This document shows, piece by piece, positions 39,627 through 49,428 of a stretch of DNA of 64,000 nucleotides. The DNA comes from a virus, in IMG/VR virus record IMGVR_UViG_3300005253_000051, positions 1 to 64,000 of that record. One strand, given 5' to 3'. Under the pieces are notes generated by a model. That model did not search any database. It worked only from the letters and a program-made list of their open reading frames with translations, and was not told where the DNA came from. A program made the position numbers and the translations under genes. Position 1 is the stretch's first letter. The number at the start of each line of letters is the position of its first letter.

Positions 39627-39778
39627 TGACAGTTACTCAAAGGGCTTCTAGTGTGCGCCCATGTGCGTGCGATTCATAGACCGATTTGAGTTTTGGCGTT
39701 GCTGTCATTGCGAAGGACTAAATAATCACGAGCGCTGGAAGTGCGCACTCTGTGGCGTCCTGCCCTGTTTTGCACGAA

Positions 39779-40225
39779 TTAACTTCCAGCTTTCAAGTAT
39801 CGATAAAGCAATGCCCCGTCCAAAACCAGGCTGAAAACACCAACACCTGCAGCACCAACGCGTGCCCACCCCGGAAGTTGCTTTCGAGTCGCCAAGTACG
39901 CCATAAATGGCACCACGAGAGCCACTGCGGCCAGCTCGCTTCCTACATGCCACGCGCGCTGGCGCTTACTGATGCAGATGGCACGGTCGGCCGGGTTGAT
40001 TGGGAGCACGTGCTCGACAGGGGCGCCGGCTTCCTGAGGCTGGCAGACAACCTCGTCCCACTGGCCGCGCTCAGTGCAGTCACGCATGAACTGATCAGTG
40101 GTCATGTGTGCATCGAAGTAGCGCTGTGCTTCATCACGCGTCTTGCCGTAGAACACGTGGCGCACGACCGGATAAGCGTCTCCGACGGCTTTTTCGTAGA
40201 TGTCTTGTGTGAGCGCGTACATCAC
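39779..40225 (-). CDS. Membrane protein
   Basis: Soluble N-terminal domain plus two TM helices. Confidence 0.65.
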   Translation of the reverse strand: MMYALTQDIYEKAVGDAYPVVRHVFYGKTRDEAQRYFDAHMTTDQFMRDCTERGQWDEVVCQPQEAGAPVEHVLPINPADRAICISKRQRAWHVGSELAAVALVVPFMAYLATRKQLPGWARVGAAGVGVFSLVLDGALLYRYLKAGS

Positions 40226-40373
40226 CGCACTCTATCGCCATTGGGTTTACTGAAACATCGTCGCTTTAGGCATTGAAGCCCTTCATAGTAGTCTGGGCAG
40301 AGAGCGCGTTTGCAGCTAGAGCAATGCATGCTAGGTGGCTGTCGATTGCAGTAATGGACTTTCGATCAGCACA

Positions 40374-41069
40374 TCAACTCAGGCAGATCGGCGTGAGCGC
40401 ACACATGAAGTTGAAGCAAGTAATGGCAAAGGGCCCAACAATGCGGTTAATTATCTGTGTCCGTGGACCGGTTAAGCCGATAGGTGCAAACAACTCATCA
40501 TGGATCGCTACTTCAGAGTTCTCACTGAGCGAAACACCAAATGTCGATTCACCCGACTGCTCTAGCGTCATACCCGTAGGGGGTGTTTGCAGATCAATAA
40601 ACTGGCCCCCGTGAGCGTCCGCGCTAACACAATACACGAGCACAGTATTCTGAATCGTGGTGAGTATCGAGGGCGCCGTCATGACAATGAACGGGGCACC
40701 AAAACTGATATTGATCCCGGGGTTTTGAGCATTGATAGGCGTTGTCGGATTCACGTTGGTATAACCGGCCATGTTGACAGCGTAAATGGCCGCCTGAACC
40801 GTACTAAACGTTGCGATCAGTGGTGATCCAACTGGAACCACCAAAGAAAATACTGCGAATTGTGTAATATGGGTGCCTGTTGGGGTTTGAGCTAGCTGCA
40901 CCCACGGATCAGAACCAGTCTGAATAATCGGATCTGAAGTTACAGCCGGTACGGTTGCAGCTACCGCAGCGATCAGAACATCACCTGCGACGGTTCCAAC
41001 TGGGTAGGCAGCCGCGATCGAGGTGACAGGGGCTCCCACTCCAACAGCTGTACAAAGTACATTAGACAT
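40374..41069 (-). CDS. Beta-rich putative virion protein
   Basis: P.GT.AGDVLIA.V...W..L and TPPTGMT patterns, Thr/Ala/Val/Pro rich. Confidence 0.65.
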   Translation of the reverse strand: MSNVLCTAVGVGAPVTSIAAAYPVGTVAGDVLIAAVAATVPAVTSDPIIQTGSDPWVQLAQTPTGTHITQFAVFSLVVPVGSPLIATFSTVQAAIYAVNMAGYTNVNPTTPINAQNPGINISFGAPFIVMTAPSILTTIQNTVLVYCVSADAHGGQFIDLQTPPTGMTLEQSGESTFGVSLSENSEVAIHDELFAPIGLTGPRTQIINRIVGPFAITCFNFMCALTPICLS

Positions 41070-41070
41070 C

Positions 41071-41472
41071 TTACTCGTTGGTATGCACAGTGCAGGAGGT
41101 CTCGCGAATTGCGATGACCGCTGTCACGCTACACGGAGGACCGTTGTAAAAAACAGCATCACCAGGGCTAATGTGCGTGTGAGGATTCCAGAACAACACG
41201 TTGATCGTGGTGAGAGCGGGCGCTACAAAAATGACTTCCACAGTGCCTGTGGGACCCTGTGCAGGTTCTGAGTGCGTCACACCGAGCCAAGCATCAATCG
41301 GCATCAGCGGCACCACCATAACTCGTGACGCATTCAGGAGAGAGCCGAACAGAGGCGGATCAGGATCAAAATTTAGGTTGGTCTGAATGAGCCCGGTATC
41401 GACAACGGTAACCCCAACCGACAGCTCGATTTGCTGCCGGTTCCACATGAGCTGTCCTGCTTGAAGTGACAC
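41071..41472 (-). CDS. Putative virion protein
   Basis: Beta-rich, INVLFWNPHT resembles VDVW...HT of spike N-domain. Confidence 0.6.
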   Translation of the reverse strand: MSLQAGQLMWNRQQIELSVGVTVVDTGLIQTNLNFDPDPPLFGSLLNASRVMVVPLMPIDAWLGVTHSEPAQGPTGTVEVIFVAPALTTINVLFWNPHTHISPGDAVFYNGPPCSVTAVIAIRETSCTVHTNE

Positions 41473-41723
41473 TATCTCCCAGGGCGATACTTGGCACAGC
41501 GGCGTCCAGCGCGCGTCATCTTGAAGCGCACGCAGTGACGTAGACTGCCGCCCATGGTGCCCGGCCCGTACTTAGCGCACCTGCGACCAGCACGGGTCAT
41601 CTCATAGCGCAAGCAGGTCTTGTACTCGCCACTGAGCCCCTTGCTAGGGCCGTACTTCGCACAGCGTTTGCCAGCACGGGTCATCCTGAAACTAATACAG
41701 GTCTTATATTCTCCGTGCATCAT
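41472..41723 (-). CDS. Small basic Cys/Arg repeat peptide (3 units)
   Basis: Three CxxxxMTRAG[KR]RCAKY units, GGAGGA SD. Confidence 0.82.
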   Translation of the reverse strand: MMHGEYKTCISFRMTRAGKRCAKYGPSKGLSGEYKTCLRYEMTRAGRRCAKYGPGTMGGSLRHCVRFKMTRAGRRCAKYRPGR

Positions 41724-41735
41724 GGTCGAATCCTC

Positions 41736-42170
41736 CTACGAGGCATCAGTGAACGGGCGCCCGACTACCAGCACCGTGAGAAAGGCCAGATCGCTAAAAA
41801 GAGTTGAATACAGCGTGCCCCCAACCAATTCAATTAGCGGCGCTAGCACACCCGGGGCCTGGTAAAACCTCAGGTGCCCTGAATTGATTCCAGCAGGGGC
41901 TGTATCGCGCTCCCATAAGACAGACAGGCTCGTGGTGCCCCCCACCCCCGGAGTAGGTTGCTCTAGCAAGGTGGGAATGCAAGCATGAACCTCTCGAAAA
42001 AGATTCAGCCCCGCAATCCCAAAATCTAGAGGTTCACCGCCTACAGGATAAGTATTCCCGTCGGCAGGATCAATCGCGATATCTGCGACCACGATCGGCA
42101 GATCACCAGCGTTCGGAGACGGAAGCGTGGTGTTGGTGTTGTACCGAACAGTGATGGTAGAAAGAGCCAT
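41736..42170 (-). CDS. Putative virion/decoration protein
   Basis: MALSTITV..., YP.GGE.LD, beta-rich 144 aa. Confidence 0.6.
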   Translation of the reverse strand: MALSTITVRYNTNTTLPSPNAGDLPIVVADIAIDPADGNTYPVGGEPLDFGIAGLNLFREVHACIPTLLEQPTPGVGGTTSLSVLWERDTAPAGINSGHLRFYQAPGVLAPLIELVGGTLYSTLFSDLAFLTVLVVGRPFTDAS

Positions 42171-42172
42171 TG

Positions 42173-42325
42173 CTACCTTTCCAGACAGTCACTCATACAG
42201 CGGCGAAACCGAGGTTTGCCCTTGCACACCCTTCGAGCGCAGTTGGCGAACCTCTTCTGCTGTGATGTTTCACGACGACCGAGTGTCCTGCGACGGGGGC
42301 GATAGCGTTTGCGTCTACGAGCCAT
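42173..42325 (-). CDS. Protamine-like Arg/Cys-rich peptide
   Basis: MARRRKRYRPRRRTLGRR...QQKRFANCARRVCKG...CMSDCL, AGGAGG SD. Confidence 0.7.
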   Translation of the reverse strand: MARRRKRYRPRRRTLGRRETSQQKRFANCARRVCKGKPRFRRCMSDCLER

Positions 42326-42335
42326 GTTCTTCCTC

Positions 42336-43088
42336 CTAGAAGAGACTGTGAATGGCAAATTCTGGGTTAAGACCTTGGGGAATCACGGTGCTAGAAGCAT
42401 TGTTGGTGAATGCAAACACCTCCAGAAAATCTCCAGCAGTTAGATCGAAATCGCTAGCAAACTCTGTGGTGACGTCAAACCCAACGGTTCCTGTCAAAGT
42501 TTCCGTGGCTTCTACAAGGATTCCGTTGATGGCAATCGTAAGCCTCTGCGTGTGATTGGCAATGGGAGCAACTGTCCCGTACTTGGCGGTAACAGCATAC
42601 CGACCGGGGCTAGCGATCACGAAACGACTGAGTGGAAGATTTACGATTCCACCGAAATCGTATTCGAGCGTATTGAACAAGAGCTTCGTATCAGGAAAAC
42701 CCGCAGGGATTGCTTGCGTGACCGTATTCCGCATCTTCCCTGCAGCAGTTGCCTCTCCTGCCGACGAAACCCCTTGATTGAGGATGAATGGCTGCGGGAC
42801 CAAGGAGCCATCTGGTTGAGCGCCAGGTTGAGGCTGAGTCGATCCGAACTCACGGCGAATCGTGTGCCACGAGCTAGCCCAAACATCGACCGCATCAGGA
42901 GACTCGTCGGCTAGACGCGTGACCGTGATGTCGATGTCGTCTGCCGTAACTTGGAAGCCACCTTCGTTCGGCGCCACAATATCAGGGACGAGGTTTCGCG
43001 GAGGGTTGACCAGTCCATGAGGAAGAGAAACCGGAACACCAACAACTAGGCCGGTGAACTGGACGATGCTTTCGATTTTGATTCCCAT
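42336..43088 (-). CDS. C1q/BclA-like spike protein paralog A
   Basis: KLLFN..EYD.GG......RF.I..PGRY.V...L.I.ING...L.AGDFLEV. Confidence 0.75.
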   Translation of the reverse strand: MGIKIESIVQFTGLVVGVPVSLPHGLVNPPRNLVPDIVAPNEGGFQVTADDIDITVTRLADESPDAVDVWASSWHTIRREFGSTQPQPGAQPDGSLVPQPFILNQGVSSAGEATAAGKMRNTVTQAIPAGFPDTKLLFNTLEYDFGGIVNLPLSRFVIASPGRYAVTAKYGTVAPIANHTQRLTIAINGILVEATETLTGTVGFDVTTEFASDFDLTAGDFLEVFAFTNNASSTVIPQGLNPEFAIHSLF

Positions 43089-43099
43089 AGTCCTGAACC

Positions 43100-43849
43100 C
43101 TAGAAGTTGCTGTGGATGGCGAACACAGGCTCGCGGCCGTTTGCAATCAGTGTACTAGCGCCGGCAGACAAGAATGCAAATACCTCCAGGAAATCTCCAG
43201 CGACTAGATTGAAGTCGCTAGCGAATACTGGAGTGATTCCGAACGCGATTGATGCTGTCAATTCTTCTACAGTCTCCACAAAAATCCCGTTGATGGCAAT
43301 CGTAAGTTGCTGCGTGAAAGCAGCACCGGGGGCAGTCGTCGCATACTTGGATGTAACGGTATACCGACCAGGTTCAGTGATCACGAAACGATCAAGTCCG
43401 ATGTTTACGATTCCACCGAAATCGTAATCGATCGAGTCAAACGCGACCTTTGTGTTTACCCCTGCGGGGATTGCTTGAATAACAAGCGCTCGTATCTTTG
43501 CGGTAACAGCTGCCTCCCCTGATTCCGAAACCCCTTGGTTGATGATGAACGGCTGTGGAACCAGCGAACCATCCGGCTGAATACCGGGCTGAGGCTGAGT
43601 CGATCCGAACTCGCGGCGGATCGTGTGCCACGAGCTAGCCCAAACATCGACCGAATCAGGAGACTCGTCGGCTAGGCGCGTAACCGTAATGTTGGTGTCA
43701 TCGGCAGTGACCAGGAAGCCGCCTTCGTTTGGCGCCACAACATCAGGGACGAGCTTTCGCGGAGGGTTGACCAGCCCGTGGGGAAGAGAGACCGGATCAT
43801 CAACAATGAGATCGATGAACTGGACGATTGCTTCGATTTTGATTCCCAT
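43100..43849 (-). CDS. C1q/BclA-like spike protein paralog B
   Basis: Tandem paralog, same architecture. Confidence 0.75.
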   Translation of the reverse strand: MGIKIEAIVQFIDLIVDDPVSLPHGLVNPPRKLVPDVVAPNEGGFLVTADDTNITVTRLADESPDSVDVWASSWHTIRREFGSTQPQPGIQPDGSLVPQPFIINQGVSESGEAAVTAKIRALVIQAIPAGVNTKVAFDSIDYDFGGIVNIGLDRFVITEPGRYTVTSKYATTAPGAAFTQQLTIAINGIFVETVEELTASIAFGITPVFASDFNLVAGDFLEVFAFLSAGASTLIANGREPVFAIHSNF

Positions 43850-43864
43850 AGTCCGAACCCAACC

Positions 43865-44611
43865 CTAGAAGTTGCTATGAACAGCGAACATAGATTCACG
43901 AAGACCCGTGAGTGTGGAGGCGCCAGTGTTGAGTAGAGCAAACACCTCCAAGAAATCTCCAACGGCTAAATCGAAGTCGCTAGCGAATACTACGGTAACT
44001 CCCCGGCCAGCGATTGATGTAAGAGTTTGAGTAGCCTTTACGAGAATCCCGTTGATGGCAATCGAAAGCCTTTGCACGTGGTTGGCACCAACAGATTGTG
44101 TGCCGTACCTAGCTTCGACGCTGTATCGACCAGCGGTAACGATCACGAATCGATCGAGCCCGATGTTTACGATTCCACCGAAATCGTAATCGGTCACATC
44201 GAATGTGAGTTTCGTGTCTGCCGCCGCTGGAAGCACTTGAGCGACAGAAGCTGTAATCTTCCCGGAGACGGCCGCCTCTGCCGCTTGTGAAACCCCTTGG
44301 TTGATCACGAATGGCTGCGGAACCAGTGAACCATCTGGCTGGATACCGGGCTGGGGTTGAGTCGATCCGAACTCGCGCCGCATTGTGTGCCACGAGCTGG
44401 CCCAGACATCGACCGCATCAGGAGAATCGTCGGCAAGACGCGTGACTGTGATGTCGATGTCGTCTGCGGTAACTTGGAAACCGCCTTCGTTCGGCACCAA
44501 AAGGTCGGGGACAAGATTTCGCGGAGGGTTGACCAACCCGTGGGGAAGAGCGACCGGCACGCCAACAGCTAGATTGGTGAACTGGACGATGCTTTCGATT
44601 TTAATTCCCAT
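43865..44611 (-). CDS. C1q/BclA-like spike protein paralog C
   Basis: Tandem paralog, same architecture. Confidence 0.75.
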   Translation of the reverse strand: MGIKIESIVQFTNLAVGVPVALPHGLVNPPRNLVPDLLVPNEGGFQVTADDIDITVTRLADDSPDAVDVWASSWHTMRREFGSTQPQPGIQPDGSLVPQPFVINQGVSQAAEAAVSGKITASVAQVLPAAADTKLTFDVTDYDFGGIVNIGLDRFVIVTAGRYSVEARYGTQSVGANHVQRLSIAINGILVKATQTLTSIAGRGVTVVFASDFDLAVGDFLEVFALLNTGASTLTGLRESMFAVHSNF

Positions 44612-44718
44612 GGGATAACTCTACTCGCTTCCAGCGGGGTTCGAACTGCTCTTACCATACCAAACCATTCGGGATCACTGTAGTAATGAAGCCCGCCAGA
44701 GCTGAAAATAGAGTTATT

Positions 44719-45531
44719 TCATAACGTTGTCGTGATGATCACGCACGGAGCATCCCCACGGCCGGCGGGGTCTGAGTTGATCGCGCGCTTTTCGCCCGTA
44801 AGTTCCAAGTGAGCCCACTCGCTGTAGAGATACTGGATCAACTCGGTGTTCGCGTTGTGCGCGATCACTGCGACGCCGCGCTCATGGGCTAGGAAAAGCT
44901 CTTCGGCGAGTCGAGTCTGATCGTCGTCGGAGAACCCCGAGGCGACGTAGTTTACATAGCCGCCATGGTAGGGGGGATCTATGTAGAGCAAGTCGCCGCA
45001 CTTCGCCGCGTGGATCGGCTCGACAAAATCTAGTGCTACCAGCGTCGTGCCTTGGAGTACAGTGGCTACTTCCTGGAGGTGTTCGAGGTTCGGAAAAAGC
45101 CCCGCGTCGCGCCGATTCGGATCGCCAAAGGGCACGTTGAATCCCCCGCTTTTGTTCTCGCGGTGCAACCCGTTGAAGCCGGTTTTGTTCAGATAGATAA
45201 ACCGCGCTGCACGCTCGATCGAACACGTTGGATCTTGCTCACGGATCCAGCAGTAGTAGTCCTTGGTGATGCAGTTGCCCAGCATATCCAGCATCGTCCT
45301 AAGCCGCTCGCACGGTACATCCCGAACGACGCGGTAGAGGTTCATCAGGTCGTCACAGGCGTCGCTGAGGAACATCTGAGGACGCGCTACAGCCAGCGCC
45401 ATCGCGCCGCCGCCGACGAACGGCTCGATATACCGGCCGCCGGTCTTGTCGAGCAACGTTGAGATGCGCGAGCTGAGAACGGGGACAGCCCATGCTTTCC
45501 CGCCCGCCCACTTGAGTAGGGGCTTAGTCAA
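44719..45531 (-). CDS. dam: Dam-like (D12 class) N6-adenine DNA methyltransferase
   Basis: LKWAGGK, EPFVGGGA, FIYLNKTGFNGL.R.N..G.FNVPFG, DPPY. Confidence 0.93.
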   Translation of the reverse strand: MTKPLLKWAGGKAWAVPVLSSRISTLLDKTGGRYIEPFVGGGAMALAVARPQMFLSDACDDLMNLYRVVRDVPCERLRTMLDMLGNCITKDYYCWIREQDPTCSIERAARFIYLNKTGFNGLHRENKSGGFNVPFGDPNRRDAGLFPNLEHLQEVATVLQGTTLVALDFVEPIHAAKCGDLLYIDPPYHGGYVNYVASGFSDDDQTRLAEELFLAHERGVAVIAHNANTELIQYLYSEWAHLELTGEKRAINSDPAGRGDAPCVIITTTL

Positions 45532-46162
45532 GATGTGCCCAACTAATGCCGTTTACGATCCTACTGATTTGTGATCTAGAAACACCGTATTTTTTGGAAA
45601 GCGCTTTCTTGGTCATTGAGTCTTTGGCGTACGCTTTACGAATCATTTTTACTTGGTACTCGTTCAGCTTTTCTCCTGGTTTTGGAATACCTTTATTCTG
45701 AAATGTATTCTGTCCCCAACGAACACCATTTACGATTTTCCTGATCTGCCCTTGGGACACACCATAATTTTCAGCTAGTGCCTTAGCCGTCACTGAACTT
45801 TCAGCGTATGCTTTACGAATCGCCGTTACTTGGTCCCTGCTCAGCTTTTGTGCTGGTATGCCTTTCTTCTGAAAGACATTCCTGCCCTTGTTCCACATGT
45901 CGCGGCTATTATCAGCAGCCGTTCCTAACCACAGGTGATCAGGCCGGACACAGATAGGATTATCGCAGTGATGACATACCATCAGCCCTTCGGGGATTTC
46001 CCCGTAAACTAATTCCCACGACACACGGTGTGCTCTACGTGATGACCATGGCCCTGAACGAACTTGACCGTAGTCGCCCCGAGTCTTAGAGCCAGTCCAC
46101 AGCCAGCACTCCCCCGACTTGTCTACCTTGACCCAGAACCGATCAGCTAATGCCCTAGTCAT
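45524..46162 (-). CDS. HNH homing endonuclease with two C-terminal HTH repeats
   Basis: RFW.KV...CW.WTG, AHRVSW, VCHHCDNP.CVRPDHL.LGT..DN, duplicated KL....V..IRKAYA...L...YGVS..QI..IVNG..W. Confidence 0.92.
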   Translation of the reverse strand: MTRALADRFWVKVDKSGECWLWTGSKTRGDYGQVRSGPWSSRRAHRVSWELVYGEIPEGLMVCHHCDNPICVRPDHLWLGTAADNSRDMWNKGRNVFQKKGIPAQKLSRDQVTAIRKAYAESSVTAKALAENYGVSQGQIRKIVNGVRWGQNTFQNKGIPKPGEKLNEYQVKMIRKAYAKDSMTKKALSKKYGVSRSQISRIVNGISWAHLD

Positions 46163-46288
46163 TTTTCATCACCGGGAAAACACACCTGGTGAGCCTATCG
46201 ACTTTTCTCTCTAGTGACAGCACGCGCCACACGAACATGCTCACCCACATAGACAACCCCACCACCACAAACTCGATGCCTGTCATGG

Positions 46289-46486
46289 TCAACACAGTTT
46301 CGGAAAGGCGCTCGTGCATCCCAGATTGGGATCAGAGCAAGGGCCACAGAACGTGAAGCGGTAGCAAGTAGCCTTGAGGGAACAGATAACAGACCACAGA
46401 GTGAGCACGCCGCCAGCTCGAACATGATCGAGTTGACGGACGGTGAGCCTGGACAACTTGAGCTTAGATCGTTGTTTACGTTTCAT
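46289..46486 (-). CDS. RiPP (lanthipeptide-like) precursor peptide
   Basis: Leader KLKLSRLTVRQL..V.AGG, core with 6 Cys and 8 Ser/Thr, GGAGG SD. Confidence 0.65.
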   Translation of the reverse strand: MKRKQRSKLKLSRLTVRQLDHVRAGGVLTLWSVICSLKATCYRFTFCGPCSDPNLGCTSAFPKLC

Positions 46487-46828
46487 CTACTCCCCTCCGA
46501 TAATCGCGGTGTAGATCTCGCCGTTCACTACGGAGCCGATGCTCTGCGACGCCTTCGCCAGTTCACTTAGAACCTTTTCGAGCAGAGCTATCTCGCTTCT
46601 TCCGGCCATTCCTTGTGTTGCTATCGCGCCGCTGCTGCCCTGAATCGCGAGCATCGAGATCGCGTCGGCCGACGACTTCACCATCTCCTTGATCTGGCGA
46701 AGCGTCGCGATCTTTTCCATGATCTCGCTCTGAGCTTTTGCCATCGTCGCCGCTGCCCCGAGCACTTCCTTCTGAATCGTGTGCTTCGGAACCATCTGGA
46801 TCTGTACGTTCGCCTGTGCCTGGCTCAT
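46487..46828 (-). CDS. Helical hypothetical protein
   Basis: GAGG SD, 113 aa. Confidence 0.6.
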   Translation of the reverse strand: MSQAQANVQIQMVPKHTIQKEVLGAAATMAKAQSEIMEKIATLRQIKEMVKSSADAISMLAIQGSSGAIATQGMAGRSEIALLEKVLSELAKASQSIGSVVNGEIYTAIIGGE

Positions 46829-47177
46829 CTAGAAACCTCTTTTCTAACCAGCGGCAAATGTAGCTCACTGGACTTTCTGCAAATCGAATCGCGTGGGTAT
46901 CGGTCATCCCCGCGGGCTCGAAGCGCATGTTTTTGAACTTGTCCACAATGACTTGCAATGGCGTGCCCGTCTGCAAAAGCAGAGAGACCGCGATGGCCCA
47001 CGCATCGATAAAACCAGAGACGTCGGAACCCTGCTTGTCCATCTTGACGAAAATCTCGCCGAGACGTCCATCGGGGTAAAGCCCGACGGTAACGTAGCCC
47101 TTATGGTCCTCCTTGGCGTGGATTACGAACTTGTGCGTGATGCCGCGCCGCTCTGCGGGCAGACGTTCTCTAGTCAT
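46563..47177 (-). CDS. Stand-alone TSCPD domain (class II ribonucleotide reductase C-terminus)
   Basis: RERLP.ER.GITHKF...KGYVTVGLYPDGR.GEIF..M.KQGS...AIAVSL.LQ.G.PL...RFEPAG.T....IRFA.S. Confidence 0.85.
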   Translation of the reverse strand: MTRERLPAERRGITHKFVIHAKEDHKGYVTVGLYPDGRLGEIFVKMDKQGSDVSGFIDAWAIAVSLLLQTGTPLQVIVDKFKNMRFEPAGMTDTHAIRFAESPVSYICRWLEKRFLDEPGTGERTDPDGSEAHDSEGSARGSGDDGKSSERDHGKDRDASPDQGDGEVVGRRDLDARDSGQQRRDSNTRNGRKKRDSSARKGSK

Positions 47178-47800
47178 GTTTTCCTTTTGGTAACTCAAAC
47201 TCCGAAGCGGCAGCAAGTTCGGCGCTCAGTTGGCGCGTGTAGACTCGATCCAATTCAGGAAGCCCGCTTTCTAGAGTCATGGCCCACGTCTGAAGTCCGA
47301 TCACCAGAGCGATCAGCTCTTGGTGGATCTTGTCGTCTGGCACGAGTGCTAGCCGAGTTGTAATTAGATCTAGGACTTGCTCAACGACCTCTCGTGAGCG
47401 ATGTACTGCTTCGGGTGTCATTGTAGAAAGACGCCTCTACTGGATCGGAAATTCACCATACCTTACTCATGAAACGCTTGCTTGCGATGCGCTTGAGCAG
47501 TAGCAATAGCTTCTAACCAAACCTCGTTGTTGGACACGGGTACCCAAAGAATGCCTTCATCTGTTTCGACTTTGAAATGCACTTCTGCATTTTGGGTAAC
47601 TGTAGCCAGGTCGGTATCGTTTTCTTCATAGGCTTCATGAAGCAAAACCCGAACAGGAAGACCTTCCCGAAGAGCGCCCGACCAAAGCAAGTACCTACCA
47701 GGATTCATATGGCTCAAAACGTGATGCATTAGTTGCTCTTTTCCTTTTCCGACTCCGGCGGCAGCCGCCGCCCCTCAGTGAGTGGTGTACTGCGACGCCT

Positions 47801-48193
47801 CTACTGGATACCTAGCTTTTCGCTAACAAGCACCGCCCAGCACTCATGGCATCGTCCCCCGGTCCCTCTCGCCGTAAACGGAAGTCCGCATTCACACGGC
47901 GGCGGCAGGGGCGGAAGATCGTCCGTGTTCAGCACGGACGACACACTCATGCCCAGCACAGGCGGCACCAAGTCTTTCTGAATGGAACGAATCCGACGCC
48001 AAATCACGGCGCCCAACGTGAGCGTGACCAAGAGTCCCACGATCCGAACACCCGCAGACCACGGGTTGTCGTCTCGAATTTCGGCGGCTACTAGAAAAAC
48101 GAACTCGATCAACGAAATCGTGCCGAGAAGCGCTGCCGCTGCGAGAATCTTCTTGACGTTCTTAGACGCCGTTTCACTGAGTCCAGGAATCAT
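47801..48193 (-). CDS. Two-TM membrane protein with C-terminal Cys motif
   Basis: Hydrophobic helices, CECG...CHEC. Confidence 0.55.
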   Translation of the reverse strand: MIPGLSETASKNVKKILAAAALLGTISLIEFVFLVAAEIRDDNPWSAGVRIVGLLVTLTLGAVIWRRIRSIQKDLVPPVLGMSVSSVLNTDDLPPLPPPCECGLPFTARGTGGRCHECWAVLVSEKLGIQ

Positions 48194-48196
48194 TTC

Positions 48197-48604
48197 TCAG
48201 TCCTCTCGAATTCGATCGACTAGATCGTCTAACTCGGTCGGCAACCCCGATGCGGCTATCTCGTCTTCCGTCCACATGAGCGCCATCATGTTCCACAGCA
48301 CCGCCGCGCCATGGTCTTCGTCGATCTTGCCCTCGATCCAGTCGGCAAGATGTCGCTCCAGTGACGCGAGCGTGCGCTGAAGGGGGATCCCCTTGCGCCA
48401 GTTATTGGGGCCGTACTTCTCGGCGCCCGCAGAGTAGAGATCCGCGAGCCGGCGAAGCGGACCGAGCGGAATCAGATCGAAACGCGGCTTGCCGCTTTGC
48501 ATGTCGCGCTGGGCGCCGGTTTCAAAGTCCTGGCGCTCGCCGGAGTCCTTGACGACGTACTTATTGCTCTTGCACTTGAGATCGGGTTTGCTCATGATCC
48601 CCAT
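48197..48604 (-). CDS. dATP/dGTP diphosphohydrolase domain (DUF5664-like)
   Basis: F.TGA.RD...GKPRFDLIP...GAEKYG..NW.KGIP...S..RH...EDH.AA..WN. Confidence 0.88.
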   Translation of the reverse strand: MGIMSKPDLKCKSNKYVVKDSGERQDFETGAQRDMQSGKPRFDLIPLGPLRRLADLYSAGAEKYGPNNWRKGIPLQRTLASLERHLADWIEGKIDEDHGAAVLWNMMALMWTEDEIAASGLPTELDDLVDRIRED

Positions 48605-49428
48605 CCTAATTCGTTAACGAAGCGCTGGACCTTGTCTAGAAATTCATCGGCTTCACGCTCCGTAGGGAAGTCCCCTTTATCCACGGCGGGGACTGATGCC
48701 GTAGCGAGGATCTTTGCGAGTGCCTTGACTTCGTGCCTAGTAAGAAACATCCCGTTGAGCCGGTAGTCCTCGAACGCTTCCCACGCCAGCGGCACGATCG
48801 GCTTGATTAGTTCAGCCATGGCCTCGGCATAGACGCGGATCTCGTACTGCGCGTGCGAGTCGAGGCGAAGGCTCAGAAAGTGGAACAGGTTGTGAAGATC
48901 GATCTTCCAAATCCACTGCGTGTAGGTCGAGAGCGGCAGGTTGATGCGCGCCAGCTCGCGCGCCATACCGGCTTCGAGGCGGTACTGATAGGCCGAGAAC
49001 GCATCGTCACTTTCACGCTTGAACGATTCCGCGTGAAGATCAGCATTAAGTACCGTTTCAGACGCAGAACCTTGCTTGTTATTCTTAGACTGCCGCATCA
49101 GTCGAATCGACAAAGGCGTATAGGACTCCGCTGGTAGTTCCGAATAGCGTGCACTCATCTCGTTGATGCTGGCCGTACGATGACGCACCCACTGCCGCGC
49201 GACGAAGATCGGCATCTTCGCCCGGAACTTCAGTTCCACCATCTCGAACGGAGTCGTGTGGCGCTTGCGCATGAGGTAGCGGATCAGACCGCGGTTCTCT
49301 TGCACGGGTCTCACGTTCTCACCCGCGATGGATACGCGAGCGGCATCAATGATCGCTTGATCGTCGCCCATGACGTCCACTAACTCGACGAAGCCGTGGT
49401 GGTCAAGAACGTCAATTCGTTTGGTCAT
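48592..49428 (-). CDS. thyX: Flavin-dependent thymidylate synthase
   Basis: AARVS, HTTPFE, RQWVRHRTASINEMSARYS, RELAR..LP, HAQYEIR. Confidence 0.97.
   Translation of the reverse strand: MTKRIDVLDHHGFVELVDVMGDDQAIIDAARVSIAGENVRPVQENRGLIRYLMRKRHTTPFEMVELKFRAKMPIFVARQWVRHRTASINEMSARYSELPAESYTPLSIRLMRQSKNNKQGSASETVLNADLHAESFKRESDDAFSAYQYRLEAGMARELARINLPLSTYTQWIWKIDLHNLFHFLSLRLDSHAQYEIRVYAEAMAELIKPIVPLAWEAFEDYRLNGMFLTRHEVKALAKILATASVPAVDKGDFPTEREADEFLDKVQRFVNELGWGS

Noticed and set aside
44620-44715. tRNA-like GGTTCGAA motif
   Set aside because: No cloverleaf stems could be built
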